Assembly: GCA_963718915.1 (NCBI GenBank)
Contig: CAVRAI010000013.1
Span: 360,001 to 392,000, forward strand
DNA: 32,000 nt
Source: an uncultured Chloroflexia bacterium
GTDB taxonomy: Bacteria > Chloroflexota > Ktedonobacteria > Ktedonobacterales > JADMIN01
Direction: 5' to 3'
The first letter of the stretch is position 1. The number at the start of each line of letters is the position of its first letter. Positions 24,316 to 32,000 of this stretch are shown here, in pieces. Both the position numbers and the translations under genes were made by a program. The notes beneath the pieces are model-generated. The model made no database searches, was not told where the DNA came from, and saw only the letters and a list, made by a program, of their open reading frames with translations.

Positions 24316-27174
24316 TCAGAAAGGCTCCTCCGCCAGTGGCAACGTCACATAGAAGGTGCTGCCACATCCCTCCTCAGACGTAAACCACAAATGGCCTCCC
24401 TGAAGCTCAACCAGCTCGCGGCACAGGTAGAGTCCCAACCCCGTGCCGGTGATGCCACGCTCGCGGGCGTTGTCGGCGCGCGCGAAGCGATTGAACAGCA
24501 GCGACTGCTGGTTGGCAGGAATGCCAATTCCACTATCGCGAACCGATAGCCTGGCGATGCGCTCCCGTTCATCTTGCTCGATGGTGATGGTGACAGGGCC
24601 GCCGTCTGGACTATATTTGATGGCGTTGCTCAGAAGGTTGCCGACGATCTGCTCCGTCCGCCGAACATCCAGCGTCGCCACCACAAACTCATCGACGGCG
24701 ACAAGTGACAAAGCATGTCGTTCACTGGCCATCTGGAAGCGTTTTATCACACGCCGGGCAAGCGCGAGGAGGTCGTGCGGCTCGCTATGGAGCTGGATAC
24801 GTTCGGCCTGGAGGCGGGCGACATCCAGCAGGTCTTCGGTGAGTTCCACGAGGCGATTGGTCGCCTGGTCAATGGTTTCGAGCGCCTCGATCTGCCACGG
24901 CTCCAGCGGCGCGGCGCCATCACTCTGGGAATGTCGCATCAGCATGTCCGCATAGCCTTTGACCGCAGCCATTGGCGTCTTCAGTTCGTGGGCCGCAATC
25001 GCGATAAACTCATCCTTCAGCCGCTCCGCCTCTTTCATCGCGGTCACATCCTGTAAGACCACGAGCGCCAGCCGTTCCGGCGCCGGTTGCGCGCTGCCAG
25101 GAGTCGCGGCCACCGTCGAATCCGCCAGCATGCCTGGGTCAAGTGTGACCGCGTTGAGGAGAATGGGCATGACCGTACCATCAGGCCGACGAATCACCTC
25201 CTGATAGTGGTGGATCGCCTCACTAGTGCGTAGCGCCCGCACGGTCGCAAGCTCGCTCGGCTCCAGCAGTCGCCCCCCACTTCCAACAATCTGCGTTCCA
25301 CTCTCCTTGAGGAAGCCCGCCATCGATTGTCCCTTGGCCCAGTGCGCACCCCATACGTCCTGTGCGGCATGGTTAGCCAATTCCAGCATGGCATCAGGTC
25401 CACGCGCCAGGTATACCCCGCTCGGCAACTCATCGATCACGTTTTGCAGCAGCAATCGCCTGGCCTCGGCCTCGGCGCGAGCCTGTTGCTCAGCCAGGAG
25501 TTTGCGCGTCTCCGTGACCTCGTGCCATACAACCACAGTACCGCCTGTGACTTTTACGCTCTCGGGAATGCCCTCCGGCACAATCGCCGCTAACTCATCA
25601 TCGGCTGCCATCGCCTGAAGTGGCGAGACGGTTACCACATATTCCCGGCTATCTCCATGTGCGTCGGCGAGTGCGAGTGATGCATGCGCGCCCTGGATGC
25701 TCTGCCCATCTGCCTCTCGTATGCCGCTACCCATTCGAGCAAGAATATCCGAGATCGACGGATTCACCGTCCGCGCGCCAACACTCAAACCGAGTAGCGC
25801 CTGAATCGTGGTAGCGGCGTGGTTTTCGTGGAGCAGATTGCCCTGGTGGTCATAGACCATGACCCCATCGGTGATGCTCTCGAAGACTGCGTTAAGCTCT
25901 TCGGCCTGCGATTGCGCGTTATGATAGAGCCTCGCGTTTTCCAGCGCGACAGATGCCTGCGCGGCCAGCGCCTTGAGCAACGTCTCATCATCTTTGCTGA
26001 AACGCCCAGGATCCTCATGCCCCAGCAGCAAACCACCGCGCACATTGCCATCGCGATCCAGCAACGGAGCGCCCAGGAAGCTGCGCGTCACCGGATGACC
26101 GCGAGGAGATCCGACGGCGCGCAAATCGTTGGCGCTGGCGCGACCATGCGCATAGTCGTACGCCTGTCTCCGCGCAAGGTCGCGTGGTGATTCGCCTCGC
26201 GCACTCTTTTCGCCGCTTTCAAGTGCCGGAGACGGTGCGTTGGCGGTTGATCCCATCTGGCCACGGTGTGTCGTCGTCGTATGGTAGCCCGCTGGAGAGA
26301 GCGTCAGAGCGTCGTCGACGTGTACCGTCACACCGTAGCGAAAGATCGGGGCAAGAATACCTTCGCCTCCAAGCGGCATGCGGCGGAAAAGCTCCTCTTG
26401 TTCTGGTGTGACGCCAACAACCGCCGCCAAGCGAAAGTGGCTGCCCTCGGACGGGCCAACCAGCTTGCCTCTCGCATCCACAGGGCGCAGGGTAAAGGCG
26501 GCAAAGCCAGCGCCCGTCAAATCGCACGCGGTTTGCGCAATTAACTGGAGAAGCTGCGATTCATGCAACTCACCGGAAAGCGCTGTGCCCACCGTATTCA
26601 GCGCTGCAAAACGAGCCACCTCACGTTCCGCGGCGAACCGTCGATTGCGGGCGAGCATCACAAGGAGGAGCACGTACACACTGATGGCTGCCAGCAAGAG
26701 TAGCTGCGCCGCCGAATGTGGATTGAGTGACTTGAATCTCCCGCTGGGTGGTAGCACCAGGAAATAGACGCAGATGAGCTGCACCAGGCAGCCAGCGATC
26801 GCCAGACGCCAGCGCCAGTAATAGGCCAGCATCGCAATCAGTGGGAGATAGACAACGCCTACGTTCGGTACCTGAAAGAACCGCGTCGAGAGCCAGACCA
26901 GCAGCGTGACCAGCGCGGAACCAACAATCAGGGTCACCATGCCGCTATAGGGCATCTGGCGCCATTCCGCGAGAACGCCTCTCCAGTGGAGAACGGTCTC
27001 TGATCCCCAGACGCGACGAGCATACGCCCACACACCATCCGCACGCTCCGCCACCGCGAACCGCTGTCGCAATCTCTGCCAAAAGGATGGAGAGCCTGGC
27101 TCCCGCGTACTGGATGACGCACCGTTTGCCGTGACATGCGCGTCATCGAACCGCGTCTTATGGTCATCTCTCAT
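24316..27174 (-). CDS. sensor histidine kinase: DUF4118-like TM module, GAF, two PAS, HisKA, HATPase_c
   Basis: 952 aa. It has a KdpD-type 4-TM block near the N-terminus. The GAF domain ends in FLGAPLLDRDGNVRGGLLLGHEDPGRFSKDDETLLKALAAQASVALENARLY. PAS-like blocks start at LNAVFESITDGVMVYD and LLQNVIDELPSGVYL. The H-box is FIAIAAHELKTPMAAVKGYADML. N, G1 and G2 boxes are present (NLLSNAIKYSP, DSGIGIP, GTGLGLYLC). Confidence 0.9.
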   Translation of the reverse strand: MRDDHKTRFDDAHVTANGASSSTREPGSPSFWQRLRQRFAVAERADGVWAYARRVWGSETVLHWRGVLAEWRQMPYSGMVTLIVGSALVTLLVWLSTRFFQVPNVGVVYLPLIAMLAYYWRWRLAIAGCLVQLICVYFLVLPPSGRFKSLNPHSAAQLLLLAAISVYVLLLVMLARNRRFAAEREVARFAALNTVGTALSGELHESQLLQLIAQTACDLTGAGFAAFTLRPVDARGKLVGPSEGSHFRLAAVVGVTPEQEELFRRMPLGGEGILAPIFRYGVTVHVDDALTLSPAGYHTTTTHRGQMGSTANAPSPALESGEKSARGESPRDLARRQAYDYAHGRASANDLRAVGSPRGHPVTRSFLGAPLLDRDGNVRGGLLLGHEDPGRFSKDDETLLKALAAQASVALENARLYHNAQSQAEELNAVFESITDGVMVYDHQGNLLHENHAATTIQALLGLSVGARTVNPSISDILARMGSGIREADGQSIQGAHASLALADAHGDSREYVVTVSPLQAMAADDELAAIVPEGIPESVKVTGGTVVVWHEVTETRKLLAEQQARAEAEARRLLLQNVIDELPSGVYLARGPDAMLELANHAAQDVWGAHWAKGQSMAGFLKESGTQIVGSGGRLLEPSELATVRALRTSEAIHHYQEVIRRPDGTVMPILLNAVTLDPGMLADSTVAATPGSAQPAPERLALVVLQDVTAMKEAERLKDEFIAIAAHELKTPMAAVKGYADMLMRHSQSDGAAPLEPWQIEALETIDQATNRLVELTEDLLDVARLQAERIQLHSEPHDLLALARRVIKRFQMASERHALSLVAVDEFVVATLDVRRTEQIVGNLLSNAIKYSPDGGPVTITIEQDERERIARLSVRDSGIGIPANQQSLLFNRFARADNARERGITGTGLGLYLCRELVELQGGHLWFTSEEGCGSTFYVTLPLAEEPF

Positions 27175-27320
27175 AGGAGCCTCACGCGCGCCTCACATGT
27201 CGTTCCCGATACCGAACCCTTCTTCCGTTACCGCATGATACGCACGGGAGAGGAGATACAGCTATCTGCATTTTATAGCCAGAGCGCTTCAAAGCACAAA
27301 AATAGCCATCGAGTCAACAA

Positions 27321-27371
27321 GTTGTGACGTAGTTGTGACGTCTATCGCACAGGTGTGAGCCTGTTGTGACG
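27321..27371 (+). promoter_or_regulatory. 11-bp-phased direct repeats, candidate OmpR-family response-regulator binding sites
   Basis: GTTGTGACG occurs at 27321-27329, 27332-27340 and 27363-27371. A degenerate copy, GGTGTGAGC, is at 27352-27360. This gives two pairs, each spaced exactly 11 bp, in the divergent region between two kinase genes. Confidence 0.5.
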
Positions 27372-27461
27372 GGCAGCAGGCTATCCTGATTGATAGTAAC
27401 GACGAGAGGGCATCTCTCGATCAGGATGTGGGCAATGTGCTCCGCATCTTTTTGACAACTG

Positions 27462-28325
27462 TTGACGGAGCAAGTGCCCAATATGCAGGCAGACAGTATG
27501 ATGGAGAACACCACAGACGCCGACACGACGTGTCCACCAACGCCACGTTCTGATACACGTTCAGAGACAGTCTACGCTGATGCGCCCTATGCATCCAGTC
27601 GGCTGGAAAGTGAGCTTCTGGCAATCATCAGCCATGAATTGCGTAGTCCCCTGGCCGCGATCAAGGGATACGCCGCAACACTGCGACGCCACGGACACAG
27701 ACTTGGGCGAGCCGAGCGCGATGAGTTTTTGCAGGCCATTGATGAGGCCAGCGACCGGCTTGAACTACTGATCTCACGTATGATGGAGCTCTCACGGCTG
27801 GAGGCTGGAACGCTCACGCCGAACCTGGTTCCCGTTGATAGTGTCCAACTGATCAGAGAAGCGCTCGCCGCCGCCGAATATCGCTGGGGATCATATCCAC
27901 CAGTAGCGCCATCGCAAACCTATACATTCGAGCCGCCCAGCCAGGTGACCATGCCGCTTGTACTGGCGGACTTACGATTGCAGCGCGAGGTACTCGACAT
28001 CGTCCTGGAGAATACCGTCAAATACTCGCCAGGCGGTGGCGCCGTCGGAGTAACACTCGATACGGATGGTGTCATGCTGACCATCGGAATACAAGACCAT
28101 GGCATCGGAATACCCTCAGATCACCTCGAACGCATATTTGATCGATTCCACCGCGTTGATACCCGCCTGACGCGCGAGGTCGGCGGCATCGGGCTTGGCC
28201 TGGCAATCTGCAAACGCATCATGGCGCTGCAAGGCGGCGACATTTGGGCGGAGAGCGAGCCAGATGTCGGCAGCACGTTCTACATGACGCTGCCCCTGGC
28301 GAGGCCGAACGATGAGCGTCAATGA
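27462..28325 (+). CDS. short cytoplasmic histidine kinase (HisKA + HATPase_c only)
   Basis: 287 aa. The H-box LLAIISHELRSPLAAIKGYAATL begins at about residue 45. ATP-lid motifs NTVKYSPGGG, DHGIGIP and GIGLGLAICKR are present. There is no TM or sensor domain. The start is uncertain (TTG at 27462 or ATG at 27483). Confidence 0.85.
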   Translation: MTEQVPNMQADSMMENTTDADTTCPPTPRSDTRSETVYADAPYASSRLESELLAIISHELRSPLAAIKGYAATLRRHGHRLGRAERDEFLQAIDEASDRLELLISRMMELSRLEAGTLTPNLVPVDSVQLIREALAAAEYRWGSYPPVAPSQTYTFEPPSQVTMPLVLADLRLQREVLDIVLENTVKYSPGGGAVGVTLDTDGVMLTIGIQDHGIGIPSDHLERIFDRFHRVDTRLTREVGGIGLGLAICKRIMALQGGDIWAESEPDVGSTFYMTLPLARPNDERQ

Positions 28326-28390
28326 GACACGACAAGCCATGATGAGACATACTGACGATGACGCGAAAAGTATTGAAAGGGTGATGCCGT

Positions 28391-29113
28391 ATGCCTGCAA
28401 AGAAAACCGCTATCCTGGCCGCCGATGATGATCCTCAAATTCTGCGGCTCATAGCCCGAAACCTCCAGCTGGAAGATTACGATGTCGTCACAGCGACCGA
28501 CGGGCAGGAGGCGCTTGAACGCCTCGAAGCGCAGAAGTTCGATCTGGCGATTCTCGACGTGATGATGCCCAAACTCGATGGATTCACTGTCTGTGCGCGC
28601 GTTCGGGAATATTCGAGTGTGCCGATTATCATGGTCACGGCGCGCGGCCAGGATCAGGACAAAATTCATGGACTTGACCTGGGCGCAGACGATTACCTGA
28701 CCAAGCCGTTCAGCGTCGAGGAGTTGTTGGCACGAGTACGCTCAGTGCTGCGTCGCTCGCAATTCGCCGTCAATCATGAGGGGCAGAACGTCCGACCACT
28801 CGTCGTGCTTGGTGAACTTTCCATTGATTTCGCCCAGCACCGTGTCACCATGGATGGGCAGGAGATTGAACTGACACCAATTGAGTACCGTCTGCTGGCC
28901 TATCTGGCGCAAAATGCTGGCCGCGTCGTCACACAGGATCTTCTGCTGGAGCACGTTTGGGGTGAGGAGTACATCGGCGAAAGCCACCTGCTTCAGGTCA
29001 ACATGAATCGACTCCGGCGTAAGATTGAGGCTGACCCCGCGCATCCACGCTATGTCATTACCAAGATGGGCGTCGGCTATTATCTCCCCGCGCAACCAGC
29101 GCCCGCTTCATAG
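28391..29113 (+). CDS. OmpR/PhoB-family response regulator
   Basis: The receiver domain has ILAADDD, the phospho-acceptor context DLAILDVMMPKLDG, and the K in YLTKPF. The winged-helix output domain reads LTPIEYRLLAYLAQNAGRVVTQDLLLEHVWG. Confidence 0.9.
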   Translation: MPAKKTAILAADDDPQILRLIARNLQLEDYDVVTATDGQEALERLEAQKFDLAILDVMMPKLDGFTVCARVREYSSVPIIMVTARGQDQDKIHGLDLGADDYLTKPFSVEELLARVRSVLRRSQFAVNHEGQNVRPLVVLGELSIDFAQHRVTMDGQEIELTPIEYRLLAYLAQNAGRVVTQDLLLEHVWGEEYIGESHLLQVNMNRLRRKIEADPAHPRYVITKMGVGYYLPAQPAPAS

Positions 29114-29373
29114 ATCGGTCTTGAGATTGACGATGGCCGAGGCGTCAGACATGCGCAACGTATGAGAGCGTCCCGGCCATGCGCACCCCCTATCCACCTC
29201 AACCATGCGAATAGCGCAATCTGGGCGCGCTCCTTCGGTTGCCAATGGAACGGACGCACTCAACCTCCTTGCCAGCATAGTACTCTTGTGTTACGTCACA
29301 CGCTACGTGCTACGATGAGCGCATCTCAGACCTCCCGTGTTCATGTCGATGCTTTTAAGGATGGAGACGCGAC

Positions 29374-30291
29374 ATGCTCAGACGATCGCGCTATCTAGTC
29401 GTTTTTCAGGTGGTGACGCTCGCGATGATGCTTCTGCTCTCGGCATGCAGTGCGTCTACAGCGGGCCAGACAGGATCGTCAGCCGCCGCAAATGCTACAT
29501 CGAGCGCGACCGCTATCGCGACTGGAACCGCCACAAACTCCCCAACGGCGCTGCCAGCGGCGACGGCGAACTCACCGAAAGCGCTTCCCGCGAACGCCAG
29601 CGGCACGCTGCCGCCTGGCGCGGCGCTGCCCAGCGAGGCAACCTGCGCGGCGCGCGTCCATCGAGCTTCGTGGGAGCCACGGCCCGCCAATGATACGGCG
29701 AATTCCCGCGTGCCGACGTCGGCGCAGATTGCTGGGTTGAAGCCGTGGGGGTCAGCGATGGGCATGGATCCCAGAGCCGATGCGCTCCGCAAGCAGATCA
29801 CGGGCAATTTCACTGGCACTACCGACGAAATTCTCCAGTGGGCCGCCTGCAAGTGGGGTTTCAATCCCGACATCTTGCGCGCTGACGCGGTGGTCGAATC
29901 ATACTGGCAGCAGAGCCAGCGCGGCGACTACACCAATAACCAGCAGTATTGTCCTCCGGGTTCCTGGGACGGCTCCGGCTGCTTCCAAAGCTATGGGCTA
30001 TTTCAGATCAAGTGGTATTTCTTCAAGGACGCCTTCCCCATGGCCCAAACCAATACCGCGTTCAGTGCTGAATATGCCTATGGCATACTGCGCGCATGCT
30101 TTGAAGGCTGGACCACCTACCTGAAACAGGGCACGCCACTGCCTGGGTATCCAGGCTATAGCGCTGGTGACCTATGGGGCTGCCTTGGTCGATGGTACAG
30201 CGGCTGGTGGTATACGCAAGATGCGCTCCAATACGTCGCGAAAGTGAAGACGGCGCTGGCCGACAAGACCTGGAAATCCCCCAACTTCTGA
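29374..30291 (+). CDS. lipoprotein with C-terminal lytic-transglycosylase (SLT/lysozyme-like) domain
   Basis: Signal peptide with lipobox LLSAC. An Ala/Thr/Ser/Pro-rich linker follows. The C-terminal domain has a candidate catalytic Glu (AVVESYWQQSQ) and an SYGLFQIK motif resembling the SLT E-S...GL(M/F)Q signature. GGAG lies 7 nt before the ATG. Confidence 0.7.
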   Translation: MLRRSRYLVVFQVVTLAMMLLLSACSASTAGQTGSSAAANATSSATAIATGTATNSPTALPAATANSPKALPANASGTLPPGAALPSEATCAARVHRASWEPRPANDTANSRVPTSAQIAGLKPWGSAMGMDPRADALRKQITGNFTGTTDEILQWAACKWGFNPDILRADAVVESYWQQSQRGDYTNNQQYCPPGSWDGSGCFQSYGLFQIKWYFFKDAFPMAQTNTAFSAEYAYGILRACFEGWTTYLKQGTPLPGYPGYSAGDLWGCLGRWYSGWWYTQDALQYVAKVKTALADKTWKSPNF

Positions 30292-30317
30292 TGCTATCGC
30301 CGATGGAGTTGTTGTAT

Positions 30318-30368
30318 GTATAAAAATAGCCGCCGTAGCGTCAACGCTACGGCGAATTTCCCCACCCA
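30318..30368 (-). terminator. hairpin element copy 2, acting as a (bidirectional) terminator between convergent genes
   Basis: GCCGTAGCG (30332-30340) pairs with CGCTACGGC (30345-30353) across a TCAA loop, a perfect 9-bp stem. On the minus strand GGCUAUUUUUAUA follows. It lies 90 nt past the M23 stop and 41 nt past the lipoprotein stop. Confidence 0.6.
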
Positions 30369-30442
30369 ATCGGCGGGTCTTCATGCGCCGACGGGTGCCC
30401 CCAACGTCAACGGTTCAGCTGGACTTGGTATGACAGAAAATG

Positions 30443-31531
30443 TCAGCCCACATAATTGATCATGGCAGAGGTTCCCGTGAAATAGGGGAATGGATCAACT
30501 GGATTGTTATCCCACTCGACCATAAAGTGCAGGTGCGGCCCAGTGGACCAACCCGTGGAACCTTCCAGACCGATGGGGTCGCCCATCAGGACGTAGGCGC
30601 CCGTTTTTACCAATAGCTTCTGCATGTGACCATAGAGCGTCGAGATGTGGTTGCAATTGTTGATTTTCACCGACCAGCCCAGGCCATTCGTGGCATCATA
30701 GCCTGCCCATATGACCTGTCCTGATTGGGCGGCATGGATCGTGTTGCCATTCTGCGCCGCGAGATCGTCGCCATTGTGGTACCAGGAGAAACCGCGTACC
30801 CAGTGCGAACCCCAGTTCGGTGAGTGCAGTTGATAGCTCAGGGGATTCCCGTGTCCATCAGGCGCACAGGGTGACTCCAGATCAGGCGTCCCCGATACTG
30901 AGTTCCACCAGTTCGACCCATACACATTGCTCCCGCCATCTGAGGAGGTAACGACGAAGGTAGGCGGCCGATAGTCAGCGCCGTAGTTGTGATCGGTGGG
31001 TATCTTGTACGCCGTACCGATGGCAAGCTCCTGGCCCAGTAGTAGGCCATTCAGCTGGTAGATACCACCAATCTGCACATGGAACTGCTTTGCCAGCGCC
31101 TCCACATCATCGCCGGGCTGCGCGGTGTAGAGGAAGTAGGTAGGGCCTTTCTGCAGAACCAGAGACCCGGCGAGCGCCTGAAACGCCGTTATCTGGCTGG
31201 CGCCACTGGCGCCCATCGGAGTGATGGCAAAGATACCTGTCACCACGATTGCGGCCATGAGCGAAATCGCGGTGATACGCATCGTCAGCGGACGTTCACG
31301 CCGCTTGATGAACGGGTTGCCCATCGAGACGCCATCACCGGCAATTATGACAGGGCCAGTGTCGGACGACAGCTTCTCTAGCGCGCCACTGCCACTCCGC
31401 GCCACCAATGAGCGGTCTGATCGCGACTCACTCTCCCACTCGTCATCGCCATCCCATGTGTTCGGCCGATTGGCATCCGTGAAGTGTTCGTCATCATCAT
31501 GTCGCCTCGACCATGGCTGCCTCGTCCCCAT
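30443..31531 (-). CDS. LysM-domain M23-family metallopeptidase (membrane-anchored)
   Basis: TM helix ITAISLMAAIVVTGIFAI. LysM block YTAQPGDDVEALAKQFHVQIGGIYQLNGL. M23 motifs HNGDDLAA (HxxxD) and GSTGWSTGPHLHFMV (HxH). A strong GAGGAGGG RBS lies 7 nt upstream. Confidence 0.9.
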   Translation of the reverse strand: MGTRQPWSRRHDDDEHFTDANRPNTWDGDDEWESESRSDRSLVARSGSGALEKLSSDTGPVIIAGDGVSMGNPFIKRRERPLTMRITAISLMAAIVVTGIFAITPMGASGASQITAFQALAGSLVLQKGPTYFLYTAQPGDDVEALAKQFHVQIGGIYQLNGLLLGQELAIGTAYKIPTDHNYGADYRPPTFVVTSSDGGSNVYGSNWWNSVSGTPDLESPCAPDGHGNPLSYQLHSPNWGSHWVRGFSWYHNGDDLAAQNGNTIHAAQSGQVIWAGYDATNGLGWSVKINNCNHISTLYGHMQKLLVKTGAYVLMGDPIGLEGSTGWSTGPHLHFMVEWDNNPVDPFPYFTGTSAMINYVG

Positions 31532-31732
31532 ATCCTGTCCCTCCTCGACGGTATTATGTTTCCGCGCTCAACCACAGACATCGTGCCGTGGCAGCCACTG
31601 GTCAGATGCATGGCCTCCTTGGAAATCTAAGCGAGCAAAACCCAGGCGTCAAGCGGCGCGCCCGGTATGGCTATGCCGCGATAATCTGCGTACGCGCTTT
31701 TGCCGACCGACCTCGTCCAGGTTACGGTTGAG

Positions 31733-31924
31733 TTACGGCTCTTGTACGCCAATGTAACTCTGTGGGTCTTTGTCGAACCGATTTTTGCATCCCATCGCGC
31801 AGAAATAGTAGATCTTCCCCTGGTACTCGCTGGTGGCCACCGCCGTTGACGGATCCACCTCCATCCCACAGACCGGGTCGGTCGCCAGCGTGGTCTGGTC
31901 GTCCCGCGTGTCTTGCGTCTCCAT
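31733..31924 (-). CDS. YHS-domain (TRASH-type metal-binding) small protein
   Basis: DPVCGMEVDPSTAVATSEYQGKIYYFCAMGCKNRFDKDPQSY matches the YHS CxxC...FC..xC pattern. I prefer the ATG at 31924 (METQD) over the Arg-rich extension to 31984. Confidence 0.75.
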   Translation of the reverse strand: METQDTRDDQTTLATDPVCGMEVDPSTAVATSEYQGKIYYFCAMGCKNRFDKDPQSYIGVQEP

Positions 31925-32000
31925 GGTGTTGTTGCCCTTTCTATCGAGTGCTTGTCGAATTCGCGGACGCCGCGCCACCCGCATCCAATGGCGGGTCAGC

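Noticed and set aside
27321-27371. Short direct repeats considered as a CRISPR-like or mini-satellite array.
   Set aside because: The repeats are only 9 bp with 2-bp and 22-bp spacers, and no cas genes are present. The geometry fits transcription-factor binding sites, not CRISPR.
29292-29300. Extra inverted copy of TGTGACGTA upstream of the lipoprotein gene, considered as part of the same regulon.
   Set aside because: The 7-mer core CGTCACA also occurs inside the regulator CDS (near 28486 and 28927) simply from Val-Val-Thr codons. A single isolated 9-mer may therefore be chance. It is mentioned in the findings only as a hint.
1-32000. Search for mobile-element hallmarks, defence-system hallmarks and tRNA genes. 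This covered transposase DDE motifs, integrase R-H-R-Y, terminal inverted repeats, cas genes, restriction-modification, toxin-antitoxin pairs, reverse transcriptase and tRNAs.
   Set aside because: None were recognised by eye in any frame. The window looks like core or accessory chromosome rather than an island. This is a negative result from manual reading only, so profile searches could still find remote homologs.

Overview
High-GC (about 60% by eye) bacterial chromosomal window. It holds roughly 25 protein-coding genes and one stand-alone 5S rRNA gene. I saw no transposase, integrase, phage gene, CRISPR array or tRNA. Protein style (Ala/Pro/Gly-rich low-complexity tails, many membrane-anchored enzymes, LysM-M23) suggests a Terrabacteria lineage such as Chloroflexota or Actinomycetota; this needs a database search to confirm. 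Left to right: an ArsR-MFS efflux operon; an orphan 5S rRNA with its own promoter and terminator; a second MFS exporter; a GntR-EamA-EamA operon with a perfect palindromic operator; an acyl-CoA synthetase plus small membrane protein; an RpoD-family sigma factor; a D-amino-acid oxidase coupled to a DUF2520-type oxidoreductase; a frameshifted membrane-anchored NYN-domain gene; a G/Y/Q/P-rich membrane protein with three tandem Cys-pair ectodomains; OsmC; an amidase; two tandem paralogs of an unrecognised all-helical family; a 1.4-kb ORF-poor gap; a membrane-anchored NirK-type copper nitrite reductase with a structured leader; a 952-aa DUF4118-GAF-PAS kinase divergent from a sensor-less kinase and an OmpR-type regulator, with 11-bp-phased direct repeats between them; an SLT-like lipoprotein convergent with a LysM-M23 peptidase; and a YHS-domain protein. 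I found no complete, obviously novel multi-gene system. The best candidates for undescribed biology are the tandem helical paralogs with the adjacent non-coding gap and repeated hairpin element, the split TM-NYN gene, the triple-repeat membrane protein, and the regulatory architecture around nirK and the two-component genes. All functional calls come from motif recognition by eye, not from searches.
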